From Azolla caroliniana (Eukaryota > Plantae > Polypodiophyta), in assembly GCA_043228905.1 (NCBI GenBank), contig JBHGNT010000011.1:4650001-4714000 (forward strand): DNA of 64,000 nt, in the 5' to 3' direction. The translations under genes were made by a program, and so were the position numbers. The notes under the pieces were generated by a model. The model was given only the letters and a program-made list of their open reading frames with translations, was not told the DNA's origin and did not search any database. This document shows positions 35,201 to 47,929 of the stretch, piece by piece; position 1 is the first letter of the stretch; each line of letters starts with the position of its first letter.

Positions 35201-38200
35201 CTTCTTCCGGCTCTCCTCTTATCGACGGGTTCAACAGTTTTCTTGCCTTTGCCCGTTTCGGTAGAGACTTTGCCCTTTCTCCCCCTCAAGTGCGGCACAT
35301 CGAGATGCTGAATACTAAGCATGTCGGTAAAGTGCTGCAACTTGTCCGATCCGAGCGGATTGGTGAAGATGTCGGCAACTTGCCGATCCGTATGAACATA
35401 CCGTAGGTTAACTTCACCGCTCAGGACCCGCTCACGCACGAAGTGGTAGTGCACCTCGATTTACTTTGTGTGAGCATGGAACACAGGGTTCCTGGCGAGC
35501 TACAGGCTGCTCATGTTATCGCAGTAAATCGGGATCGGGGTCGGTACCTCGATCCGCAAATCTCGCAGCAGTCGCCGAAACCAGATGGCTTCACAAGTGG
35601 CTACGGTAGCGGCCCGATACTCAGCCTCAGTGCTTGACAAAGCCACTGTGGGCTGCTTCTTGCTGCTCCACGCAACGACCGCGCTACCTATGGAGAACAT
35701 GTATCCGGAAGTGGAGCGGCGATCAGACGCATCGCCGGCCCAGTCAGCATCTGTGTAACCGACAAGCTCTTCGGGTATACCTCGCCGGTATAGCAGTCCC
35801 TGGTCCTTAGTGCCGCTGACATACCGTAATATTCGTTGCGCGCACTGAAGGTGCTCCACGGTCGGCTTCTGCATGAACTGACTTACCATGCCGACCGGAT
35901 AGCTGATGTCGGGTCGGGTGATGGTTAAGTAAATCAGGCTTCCGACAACCTGTCGGAACCGTTTCTCATTGCAGGCCGGTCCGGAGTTGGGATGGAGCTT
36001 TTGGTTCCGATCCAGGGGTGTGGAGACATGTCGGCAATCCGTCATGCCGAACTTGTACAACATATTCAACACGTAATGTCGTTGTGAGAGCAATATGCCG
36101 TCGGGGGTCCGGATCACTTCGATCCCAAGAAAATAATGAAGGTCCCCCAGGTCCTTCATTTCGAATGCGTCCGACAACTGGGACTTGACGCGGTTGATTT
36201 CGGGAAGACCCGGTCCGGTGATGACTAAATCATCCACATACAAGAGTATACATACCGGACCGTCAAAGCCTTGCCGGATGAACAAAGAAGAGTCCGACTT
36301 AGAGACAGCAAACCCCAACTTACGCAACCGGTGCGTGATCTTCGCGTTCCAGGCTCGGGGGGCTTGCTTCAGGCCGTAAAGCGACTTCTTCAGTCGGCAT
36401 ACCGCCGACTCGTTCATCTCCGATTGAAATCCGGGGGGCTGAGTCATAAAGACTTCTTCTTCAAGCTTTCCTTGAAGGAACGCGTTCTTCACATCCATCT
36501 GGTGAAGATGCCACCCCCTTGCCGCAGCAACCGCCAGTACCACACGAACCGTCGTCATCTTCGCCATAGGAGCGAAGGTCTCGTCATAGTCGATTCCGTG
36601 GGTCTGTGCGTATCCCTTCGCCACTAACCGGGCTTTGTACCGGTTAACAGAACCGTCGGCGTTGTACTTGACCTTGTACACCCACTTGCATCCGATCGGT
36701 TTACAATGATGGGGAGGATCAACTAGGTCCCAAGTTTCGTTGGCATCGAGTGCCCGCATTTCGTCGTACATAGCGGCACGCCAATTTGCGTCCTTTGCCG
36801 CTTCTGCGTAGCTCTCCGGCTCACGCACTTCTGTCACCTTAGTCATGTACGCATAATGATGCGCCATGTATTCATTGTACCCGTACCGCACGACGGGATC
36901 CTTCTGACGGGTTGATCGGCGCAACGCACCGTCACCTGATTTGAGGCCCTTCTTGGCCAGTTCGGTCTTCGTTGCCGAAGACCTGCCTTTCTCCTTTCCG
37001 GAGTCGGATACGCACCGATCCGACTCATCGTTGCCGGTTTTGAATTCCGACATCTTCCTCTTCCCCTTCTCTTTGCGCGTGAACCGTTTCCTTGGTTCCT
37101 TGCGCGGGGAGAGCATGGCAGAGTCTCCACCACTTGCTGTCTCTTCATCCGACTGGTCCAACCGACTCAGTCGCTTGTTCGGTCCACTCAACCGTAACGA
37201 TTCCGAACTCTCATCTTGAGTCCCGGCTTCATCATCCTCTGACAGGGCTGATTCAAGCTCACTGGCCTGATCTTCCGACATTGGGTCGGGATCGGAAGTC
37301 GGAGTCGGTACGGAGTACCAGGATGCCGATTCATCGAACTCGACATCCCGGCTAGCTCAGACTTCCTTCATCCAGGGGTTATAGCACTTGTACCCCTTTT
37401 GCTCTTGAGCATAGCCGACTAGGATGCATTTTTCCGATTTTGCATCCAGCTTTCTCCGCTTCTGATCCGGCACATGCACATACGCTATGTTGCCGAATAT
37501 CCGAAGGTGTCTTAAGTTCGGCTTGCGCCCGAAATACAGCTCATGAGCTGACACCTTGTCACCAATGCGGTTTTATATGTAGCCGGTTGTCTGGACCGCC
37601 TCCGCCCAATAGAACCGGGGCATGCTCTTTTCCTCCAGTATTGCCCTTGCCACTTCTACGAGTGTCCGGTTCTTTCTTTCGGCCACACCGTTTTGCTCCA
37701 TTGTGTATTTGCAGTTGAACTCTCGCCGAATTCCCTTCGGCTACAGATAACTAGTGAATTGGCCGGTAAAATATTCCTTTCCGCCATCCGACCAAAGGGA
37801 TTTGATCTTCCTCTCCGATTCCCATTCCACCATCTTTTGGAGGCTCCGGAAACAGTCGAAGACTTCGCTCTTCCACTCAATGAGGTAGATCCAAGTATGT
37901 CGAGTATAGTCGTCGATGAAGGAGACGAAGTATCGGCTCCCGCCAAGGCTTACACTTTGTGCCGGTCCCCACACATCCGAATGGATGAGATCGAGCTTGT
38001 TACGGCTCCGGTTCCGTTCGGTGGGGAATGGAAGCCGGTGTTGCTTCCCAAGTTGGGAGGCTTCACAAATTTCGGCTCTCCGGCCGCTGAACTTCGGCAA
38101 ACCGAAAACGACTTGTTTAGTTTGCAGGTCTTGAAGCCTCCGATAGTTGACGTGGCCTATCCGCTTGTGCCACAGGTCGATGTCCGACTCGACCTTCTGT

Positions 38201-41200
38201 CGTTTCGTGAACAGAGCGGTGCCAAAGTCGTTGGTGTTGAGGATAAACATCCTCCCGTCTCTGCGTCCTTGTGCAATGACTTCGCCCTCATCCTCAATGA
38301 AGCACCCGAGGTGCGTAAACCGCACCTGCATCCCCTGGTCGACAATCTGACCGACGGACACCAGGTTCTTCGTGATTGTCGGAATGTGTAATACGTTCAT
38401 CAGCTTCCCTTTCTGTCCGACGTGGCTTAGAGGGACTTCTCCGACGTGCACGATTGGGTGAGGAGTGTCGTCTCCGGTTTCGACTACTCCTGGTTGATCC
38501 GGTTTCTCCAGAAAGGAGAACCACTCTTTGTGGCTCATCATGTGGTTCGACGCGCCGGAATCAACATACCACACTTCCTCCATTTTGGAAGTGGTCTTCT
38601 TCATTGAGTTTGCCTTGTGATTCATCACCAAGGCTGGCCCCTTACCGGCCTTTCCGACTCCGGATCCTCCTGATCCGTTTGCGTAGTGCGAGTTTTGTCG
38701 GCCATCCTTACCGATCTTGCCGGATCCGGATTTGTTCGAATCGGCACGCTTTCTCCAGCACTCGCTTTCCTTGTGGCCTTTTTTGCCACAGTACCAGCAT
38801 TCCGTAGTGGATTTGTCTTGCCGGCCTCCGGCACCGCCTTGACTCCCCCTGCTTGTGGAAGGCCTGGAACTGCTATCGGCACACTCATAGTGCCTCCGTT
38901 CCTGCTCTTGCCGGCCGCCTCCATTGTGTGCCGACCCACCTCTTCCACCACGCCCACGGAGCCGATCCGTTCCCGTGTATAGCATTCGGCTGTCCGGGGA
39001 TGCACTGGTAGATGCACCGGCGTGGTTCTCCTCTACAAGGAGCATCGACTGTAAGTCGAAGAATGAGGGGGTATTTTCCCTTGTACACACCGCAGTCCGG
39101 AACGCTCCGAACTTGGACGCCAGGCCTCCGAGACATAATTGCACCATCTCGTCTTCCTCTACGGTAACATTGATAGAGGCGAGTGAGTCGCAAATCTCCT
39201 TTATCCGGCCCGTGTAGTCTACCACGGACATGTTCTTCTGTCGAACATAGCTCAACTCCTGTCTGAGTTGCAGCTTCCGGGCAGTGGTGCTTGCGGCGAA
39301 AACCTTTTTCAGGTTCCCCCAAGCATCCTTCGGTGTCTTGGCGTCACGGATGTGGCTGAGCAGCTGATCGCCGACACTGGACGCGAAGCAGTACATCACC
39401 CTACTTGCCGCTTGTTCCCATACCGGGAAGTCCTTGTGTGCCGAGTCGGGCGCTGCATCATTCGCTCCTTCGACATAACTCCAATACCCGTGTCCAAGCA
39501 GGTACTGGTGCATCTTGTAAGACCAGGATGCGTAGTTGCTCCTGTCGAGCTTCTCCAACGGGAGTGACGTAGCCATGCCTCTATCCATGTTTTCTACTGT
39601 GTCTGTTTTCGACCTGTTAGGGTTTTCTTCACAAGAGTAAATGTCTGCAGTAGAGGTTCTCAACCCTCACGCTCTGATACCATGAAAACGTAAGTGTTTG
39701 CGGAAGCGTAAAACAGAGAACAACAGAGAGAGAGAGAGAGAGAGAGAGAGCAGAACTCAATTTCAAAATTATATTAAAACTCTGTACACACACTGTGCTA
39801 AGTAGCACTATTTATACAAGTCCTCTTGGGACTGACAGAAGTACCATGTACTTCAATGCTCACACAAGCATTTGACACTTACTACGAGACTATAGCTACC
39901 TAGTAGTCTATCCTATACTAGGCTTCCGATTGGACTTCCGGTTACGGATTGCACCCGGCCTCCACTGCTTGCCGGTTCGGTTGCTCACCGTAATACCGAT
40001 CCGTTTCGCTCGATCCGTCTCGCTTACCGGCTCTGGCTTATTCAGCCGATCCGGCTCCGGTTGAGCTTGCCGCTCAACAATGATGAAGGCTACACGGGTA
40101 GCATTTGGAACAGTGTTATGAAGTTCAGCAAAGGGAGCCTGATTGTGGCTCGGGCCCGGAAGGTAAACATGATGTACCTGATGAATGCCTGGTTATGTCC
40201 AGACGAAGTGAACGTGGCATCCGACACTGCCGGTGAGTTGTGCCACAAAAGGCTGTGTCACATGAGCGAGAAGGGGATGAAGAGGCTTGCAGACGACAAC
40301 CTCATTCCAGTGAAGAACGTGCACTTGGAGAAGTGCACTGATTGTCTGGCCGAAAAGCAAAACCGGACCTCCTTCTGACCAAGGCCACCGATGAGACGTA
40401 ATGCACCACTGGAGTTGGTGCATACTGATGTGTGTCAAGTGGACACGAAGTCACATGCAGGATCGCAGTACTTCGTGACGTTCATAAATGACCACAGCCA
40501 AAAGCTATGGGCCACACCGTTGAAGACGAAGGATCAGGTGTTATCCGTTTTAAAAGAGCTCCACGCGAGAGTGGAAAGAGAAACCGGCCGGAAGCTGAAG
40601 GCGGTTCGAGCAGATAACGGAGGTGAATACCGGGGGCAGTTCGAGGAGTATTGTCGCTCGAAGGGAATCCGGCTCGAATTTATCGTGCCGAAGACGCTAG
40701 AACTAAACGGGCTGGCCGAGACGATGAACCAGACCATAATGGAGATGGTATGGAGTATGCTAGCGCACGCAAAACTACCCAAGAAGTTTTGGGCTAAGGC
40801 ACTGTCGACGGCGACATATGTGATAAACAAATCACCCTCAGTACCCTTGGACAGAGACACGCCACAGAGAGTCTGGACCAGTAAGGAAGTGTCCTACCGG
40901 CATCTGAAGGTATTCGGGTGTCTTGCGTATGTGCATGTAGCTAAGGACCAGAGAGGAAAACTAGATCCGAAGACCCGGCCATGCATATTCCTCGGTTACG
41001 GTGACGATGAGTTCGGCTATCGAGTGTGGGACCTGGTCGATAAGAAGGTATTCCGGAGTCGAGATATTATCTTCATGGAGGACCAGACGCTCGCCGATTG
41101 GGAGTCGGAGAAGAAGATAATGAACTCCGAGTCGACCGGTAAGGATCGATTCTACGATGAGCAGACCCAACCGGCAAGAGACCGGTTAGCACTCGAGGAA

Positions 41201-43703
41201 CCAGCCGTTTACGGTGAGGATACCGAACCAGCAGAAGAAGAAGTAGAGGAAGCTGAAACCGGAACCGGCCAAGACCCCGAATCGGATTCGGATGAAGAGC
41301 AAATGGAGGAGCCGGTTACCGAAGCCCAAAAGACAGAGATATCCTCTTAGAGAGAGAAGGGCCCCCTGGAGATTTCCGGATGCAGAGCATGTGCTGCTGA
41401 CCGATGAGGGGGAGCCAGAAAGCTTCGAGGAAGCTAAAAGTGACGCCCATAGCCGCAAATGGTTAAGTGCCATGCAGGATGAGATGGATTCCCTGCATGA
41501 GATCCATACGTACGAATTGGTGGAGTTGCCGAAAGGAAAGCGGGCACTCCGAAACAAGTGGGTGTACAAGCTGAAACCGGGAGATGCCGGCAACTCCTCG
41601 AGATACAAAGCCAAGATCGTGGTCAAGGGGTTCCAGCAGAAGAAGGGCATGGACTTCGACGAGATATTTGCCCTGGTAGTAAAGATGACCTCCATCTGGA
41701 CGGTGCTGAGTATAGCGGCAAGAATGGACCTCCAGGTAGAGCAGCTAGACGTGAAGATGACATTCCTTCACGGTGACCTCGAAGAAGAGATCTACATGCA
41801 GCAACCGGAAGGATTCGTGGAGAAAGGGAAGGAGCAACTGGTTTGCCAGTTGAAGAAGAACCTGTACGGACTGAAGTAGGCTCCCCGACAATGGTACCGG
41901 AAGTTAGACTCCTTCATGACCGATCAAGGGTACCACAAGACGCAGGCCGATCACTGCGTGTTTGTGAAGAAGTTCGAAGGAGGCGACTTCCTGATACTCC
42001 TTCTGTACGTGGATGACATGTTTGTCATCGGACGGGACCAAGCAAAAATACCTCTGCTGAAGAAGGGTCTCAACCGGACCTTCTCAATGAAAGACTTGGG
42101 TCCGGCAAGACAGATGCTGGCGATGCATATTATCCGGAACCGGTCAATGAAGCAATTGTGGCTGTCACAGGAGAAGTACGTGACAAAGGTGCTTCAGCGG
42201 TTCAACATGTCAGATGCGAAACCGGTCGGATCGACACTTCCGGCAAACTACAGGTTATCCGGTAAGCAAAGCCCGAAGACGAAAGCAGAGAAGGCTGATA
42301 TGATGAAGGTTCCATATGCCTTTGCCGTCGGGAGCTTGATGTACGCAATGGTGTGTACCCGACCGGATATAGGATACATAGTCGGAGTGGTGAGCCGGTT
42401 TATGAGCAATCCCGGCAAGGAGCACTGGAACGCGGTCCAATGGATACTCCGGTATTTCAAGGGCACTTCAAATATGTGTATCCGATTCGGCTCCGGAAAA
42501 CCTCAACCTGACGGTTTTACCGATTTGGACATGTCGGCTGATGTGGATACCAGCCGGTCTACATCCAGGTATGTAATGACATACGTAGGGGGAGTTGTTT
42601 CGTGGCAGTCGAGGCTGCAGAAGACGGTTGTGCTGTGAACCACGGAGGCGGAGTACATGGCGGTTGTGGAAGCCGGCAATGATATATTATGGATGAAGGA
42701 CTTCATCGGAGAGCTCGGTATCTGGCAAGATGAATACCAGCTCTATTGCGACAATCAAAGTGCCATCCACCTTGCTAAGAATGCGGCCTACCATTCCCGG
42801 ACGAAGCATATCTAGTGAAGGTATCACTGGATCTAGGAAAGAGTAGATGACTAGGAGTTCGCGCTGACGAAGATCCACACGACCGAGAACAGGTCAGATA
42901 TGTTGACCAAAGTATTGATACCCGACAAGCTGGATGCATGCCGGAAGCGGATCAAACTAGTAAGACATCCCATGCCGGAGTGAAGGGGGAGTTTGTTAGG
43001 AAATAGGTACCTCCAGATGGGAAATGAGAAGAACAGTACTGATGAGCAAACTCGACCGAGGCCGATAGGCCAAGGCTGAGAACTGGATGTGAAATACCCG
43101 ACAACGGAAGACCCGGTGAGAACCGGATGAGTAGTACCCGGCAAGAGCTGGATGGTGAAGACCCGGTGAGAACCGGATGAGAAGTACCTGCCAAGAGCCG
43201 TATGGTGAAGACCCGGTGAGTATTGGATGACAAATGCCCGGCAAGAGCCGGATGATGCAGGCCCGGTGAGGAGTGCTCACCGGATGAAGGGACATATTCA
43301 TAAATATGTTTCCTGAGAGTCCATCGTGGCTATATTTGTAAATAGCCGAAAAGTTATATTAGTATAAATATGACTTAGGGCAAACTCTTCTTGTTTGTGC
43401 AAGATTAGAGTGCGTAACTGTGTACAGAGAGAGTGAGAGAGAGGAAGAGGTCGTTGCCTTTGTTGTAACCGCCGCCTGTGGCAAAGATAGAAAGCTCGAG
43501 GTTGTTGCTTCGGTGCTTTACCATTTTGTACATCTGACATAGTGATAGTTTGCGGTCTGTGGGCTGCCGTGGGTTTTCCACGTTAACATCCTGTGTTCTC
43601 TTCTCTCCATTGTGTCGTGCATTCATTCCCCGTTTTTCTGTGTTTTGATTCTAAGCTTGGTTGTGGCCGAGCGTTGTTCATCGGGAGCGTGTAGTTCCTG
43701 GCA
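32281..43703 (+). mobile_element. Full-length decayed Ty1/copia family B (Tnt1/Tto1-like) copy B2 with TSD CATAG; contains nested A3
   Basis: LTRs 32281-33012 and 42994-43703; PBS-Met 33016-33027; gag MFKLTGSNYSVWK, WVVDSGGSFH, IN, RT YVDD, RNase H; PPT 42981-42991; CATAG at 32276-32280 and 43704-43708. Confidence 0.96.
34164..40079 (-). mobile_element. Full-length Ty1/copia family A copy A3 with TSD ATGAT, nested in B2
   Basis: LTRs 34164-34572 and 39683-40079 (about 7 substitutions plus (AG)n length change, by eye); PBS-Met 39671-39682; polyprotein in ORFs 37741-39663, 35500-37281 and 34567-35454; ATGAT at 34159-34163 and 40080-40084. Confidence 0.97.
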
Positions 43704-44607
43704 CATAGCCATCCTCCATCCTTAGCGTCCTCCTTCTTAGTACTCGACAAGCCTCGAGTACTTCTGCCCAATCAGACACCAAACCGGTTGTGCTTGTCCG
43801 GTCTTAAAGAAGGATAGTGATATCTTTCCTGAAAGATTTATCTACCACTCGGACGAATAAATCCACCTTTTCTGACTATAATAGTTCTCGGTCTTTTACT
43901 GAGAGCTCATTATATCTTTTCTCAAACTCTCTCAACAATTCTAAAACTGAGAGTCCTTTACCCCCTTTCTCGGTCCATTTGAGAAAGCTTTTCTTTGACA
44001 TTCTAGTCCGGTCGTCTAGCATATATTCATCAAGCAATGCTTGACGGAACCCGATCCAATCTTCACGGAATTTCTCTGATAATTCCGTTACCCTCGCTCG
44101 GACATCAAGTGTGCAGACCCAGTTTATATGCGACACCATTTGTACCCCAGTTGCCCCTCTACTAGCCATCTAGTATTCCTAGACCTCGAGGAACCGAGTG
44201 ATGTCCTCGCCATTAAATTTGCTTATCCTTTCGATAATCATTTGTCTGGGGAGTGTTAACTCACTTTCCATCCGGTTCATTGCACTTTGCTCTTGAAGCA
44301 TTCGATTCATCATCGTCATCATGAAACTTGTCATCTCTTCATTGAAACCCTTATTTGCCATCTTTGTGTTGGCACCTTTATCCACCATTTTCTTTGATTT
44401 TCCGATCTTCTCTTTGTAAAACTTTAATTCTGAAACTCCCCTTTGTCGGCAACACTTCACATCGGGTTCACCAAATTTGTGTCGAGAAGATTGTGGTTGT
44501 GTGTTGCAACCGCCGGGGTTCTGTGACTCGGCGATGATCGGGGTGAAAATGCGTAATCGCAGATGGTGCGATGACAAGAAGCCGAGAAGGCAAGATAAAT
44601 GTGACGT
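43704..44607 (-). mobile_element. 5' part of G2 (gag N-terminus, tRNA-Trp PBS, inner end of 5' LTR)
   Basis: KFNGEDITRFL gag motif; TCACATCGGGTTCACCA at 44457-44473; LTR end TGTCGAGAAG at 44480. Confidence 0.8.
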
Positions 44608-45332
44608 TGTCGTGAAAGCAATTTTATTTGTAAAACAACCTCTTAAAATATTTATTTGCCAAAAGTTACTTGGTAAGACTTGAACTCACAAACTCTATTT
44701 GAGAAGAAGCGTTTAAGATAGATCACTTCAATTTCTTTGGTTTCTATTTATTTGTCTTTCTTTTTCACTTTATATATACTAAATTTATATTACAAAATTT
44801 GATTACCAAAAAAAGTTATTCGAAGAGGATTCGAACTCATGAACTTTTGTTTACAAAGAGGCATCTAAGATACACCACCATCTTCTTTGGTGAGCTCTGC
44901 ATCCCACACCCACGCGAGCTTCTTGACTCACTTTTCCTTCTTCTTCTTCTTCCCCTTCTCCTCCTTTTCTCTTTAGCCACCATAGGTGTGGCTTATATAG
45001 GGTGGTCAACCGCCCTACCACGCTCTTGAGGCGGTTGACAAACCGCCGCATGCAAGGGTTCTATATTTAATTTATTTTTTGATGCTAGAATTTAATTTTA
45101 TAGTTCTATATTTGAGAAATTATAGAAATAGCCCTCATTTAATTTTGACTCCCCCTTTTGACATAATTACATTTTTGTCCCAAGTAACATTAATCCTTCT
45201 GAAGCTTGTATCTTGGGCTTCTAAACTCGGATTCACGAACCAAAAATTCATTCATGCTCCTTGTCATAAGCTCCAAATGGGAAATGTACTTCTATAGATT
45301 TTTGACATTGTTTTCACATACACTTCACGACA
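44608..45332. mobile_element. Solo-LTR-like or MITE-like unit with 10 bp terminal inverted repeat
   Basis: TGTCGTGAAG...CTTCACGACA, identical to G-family LTR termini; AT-rich, non-coding; no perfect TSD. Confidence 0.55.
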
Positions 45333-47021
45333 ACGGTCTCTGCAAATTTCGCCAAATCCACGGTAGGCCCGACTATCATGGATCACTAGATGTCGGGATG
45401 CATCGGGACATAAATCTCGGGATGCATCGTGGATAGTGGCTCCGATGTCAATGCCATAAAAACAACCACATGCAGCCGCTTGGGCATCACAACTTGGGAA
45501 GTATGCCCCTTTTTGGCTACGAATGGCGAACACGAGATCTGTTTGACCCCTAGGGATATTGCTGAAACTATCGATCATAATAGGCGGTCACATGTTCGAA
45601 ATCTCGGTCCTTGTCTTAACACTTGAAGCTCTAGGAGGTGTACCCCCTCCTATTAGGATAAACATGGTTGCGCTCGGCCAATATTAAGCAGAAGTAGGAG
45701 CACAACCACATATGTTTTCGCCAGGGCCATGCAAAGATAAGGGTGCCAATGCAAGAAAGCACTACAGCCCCGAATTCCATGACACCGTTGTACGCGGAAG
45801 AAATCCACATGCTCGAAGGGCTCGCAGACGAGGAACTAGAAAAATAGCTAGACAAAAACCCTTAGATAGTACCCTTGTTCGACATAGATGTGGGTGAAAC
45901 TGCAGAAACATACAACACACTGGCACCAACTATGGAGTAGGACGAGGAACCCAATGAGGAAGCCCTCATGGAATTCTGCAGGGCACAAGATGTGTTCGAT
46001 TGGGAAATGGAGATATCACGTCGCGTCGAGGCTACTGCCCTTGAAGAAATTAACGTCGGAACCCCTGATGCGCCGCGGGCTCTCTCGGTGGCGAAAGAAT
46101 TGTCTCCTGCAGAAAAGACTGCCATGATCGAATTACTACACGAATACGGAGATGTATTTGCATGGTCGCATGACGACATGAAGGGTTTGGATCCTAAATT
46201 TTATCAACATCAGATCAACCTCACAATGGACGCCAAACCGGTGCAACAATGACTTTCCCGCATGAACCCAAATTACGCGGCTCGCATTAAGGAAGAAATA
46301 GAAAAACTATTAAAAGTTGGGTTCATCGAACCAGTGAAGCGGGCAACATGGTTGAGCCCTATTGTCGTGGTGCCAAAGAAGAATGGGAAAATCCGCGTGT
46401 CCGTCAACTATCGAAATTACCGGCTTTTATGTAGGTCTGGGTTTAGTGAGTATATATCCCGACTTTAGTGTAGGTCTTTTTGGATGATTTACGGAGCGTG
46501 GCAGGACTAGTTAAGACATCACCACCTCTGCCTAGATCGCTGCGGTGCCTCACGTCTTAGTCTTAATCCAACCAAGTGTGCATTCGGTGTAACTAGCAGA
46601 GCGTTGCTTGGTCACATCGTGAGCCGAGAGGGTATTGCGGTGGATCCCGGGGAAATCAAAGCTATCATCACGGCCCCAACTCCTAAAAATACCAAAGCAT
46701 TAAGTCGGTTCCTAGGACAGATCAAATGGCACAACCTAATGTTATGCCATTTCACGGACTTCGCCACTCCACTGCACACCACAGTTCACCAAACCCTGTT
46801 CAGCTGGACGGAAACAGAAGATAAGGCATATACAGTGTTAAAGATTATGCTCACACAAGCCCTAGTGGTACAAGCACCTAACTGGATGCGACCCTTCCAT
46901 GTCTTCGTGGATGCCTTGGACATCGGAATCAGAAATGCACTCATGCAGCTCCCCGAGCCGACTTGGTATCGACTGGTATACTACTCTAGCAGGAAGCTCT
47001 CGATCGTCGAGCGTAATTATT
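45333..47021 (+). mobile_element. Ty3/gypsy pol remnant (PR-RT-RNase H, Athila/Tat-like), heavily decayed
   Basis: VDSGSDVN, YGDVFAWSHDDMKGLDP, WLSPIVVVPKKNGKIRV, LGHIVSREGIAVDP, FHVFVDA. Confidence 0.88.
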
Positions 47022-47929
47022 CGAAAGCCAAGAACGGTGGTAGAGTCGAGGAGGACAGAGCCGTCCGAGTAAAGACCAAGACCAAGACATGGGCGGATGT
47101 TGTGAAGGGTCTGGAAGTGGACGAATGAGAGATATTAGATTCGATAAAGAGTCGAAGTGAATAAGAGTCAACCAATGCAATTGAAATGTTCAATTTGGAA
47201 GAGCCAGATTGATGGGCCATGATGGAAGAAGGGCAACCAAAGTTGACACCAATACAGAGGAGCCGACGGGTCAAGAGGCACCTGCACGGTAGCAATGAAG
47301 AAGCTGATAAGGGCCAAGATAGCACCATAGAGGTCGATGTGCGAGGAACTAGACGAGTTGAGGAGCGTCAGACCAGAAGATTCATGGTACGCAAGATCGG
47401 ATTGGACGAGGAGCACACGTGAGTTGTAGGAGCGCCAGGAAAGGATGCTGGAGTGATGAACCAACTGAAGCTGACATGGCGGTACCTCAAGTTGAGCTTG
47501 AGGGGGAGTGTTGAGCGAGCAAGCTCAACTCGGGTCGATCGTCTGAAGAAGCCGAGAACCAAATCGGTTGTGTGGACCGAGATCTGAGAGACGTGTGGTA
47601 AGGGACTCGAGTAGGCCGTTAATACACTATATTCCTAGTATAGTAGATAGGAATATTGTACGTAGAATTAGTGTCAAGCTCATTTATGAGCATTCAAGTA
47701 CTAACGGTAGTTGTGTCAGCCCACTCATCAGGGCTTGTATAAAAAGTGCTCACTAAGCACGAAGTATATACAAAGTGTTATTCCTCTTAATATAATTTTG
47801 TGTCTGGTCTCTCTCTTTCTCTCTCTCATTCTCTATCTTCTCTACATTTACCGAACAATTCTGTTGCTGAACACTAATTGTATACTATGTGTCTTTTACA
47901 CACGCTTCCACACATCGTATTCTTTTACA
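47022..47929 (+). mobile_element. 3' end of a copia family A copy (A5): post-RNase H tail, PPT and LTR 47509-47929
   Basis: KTWADVVKGL matches RKWSDVVRGL of A3; CTCAAGTTGAGCTTGAGGGGGAG|TGTTGAGCG...TTTTACA. Confidence 0.8.

Noticed and set aside
37693-38391. Long antisense ORFs over copia integrase (also 5574-6197 and similar)
   Set aside because: Shadow frames of GC-rich pol sequence with no independent motifs
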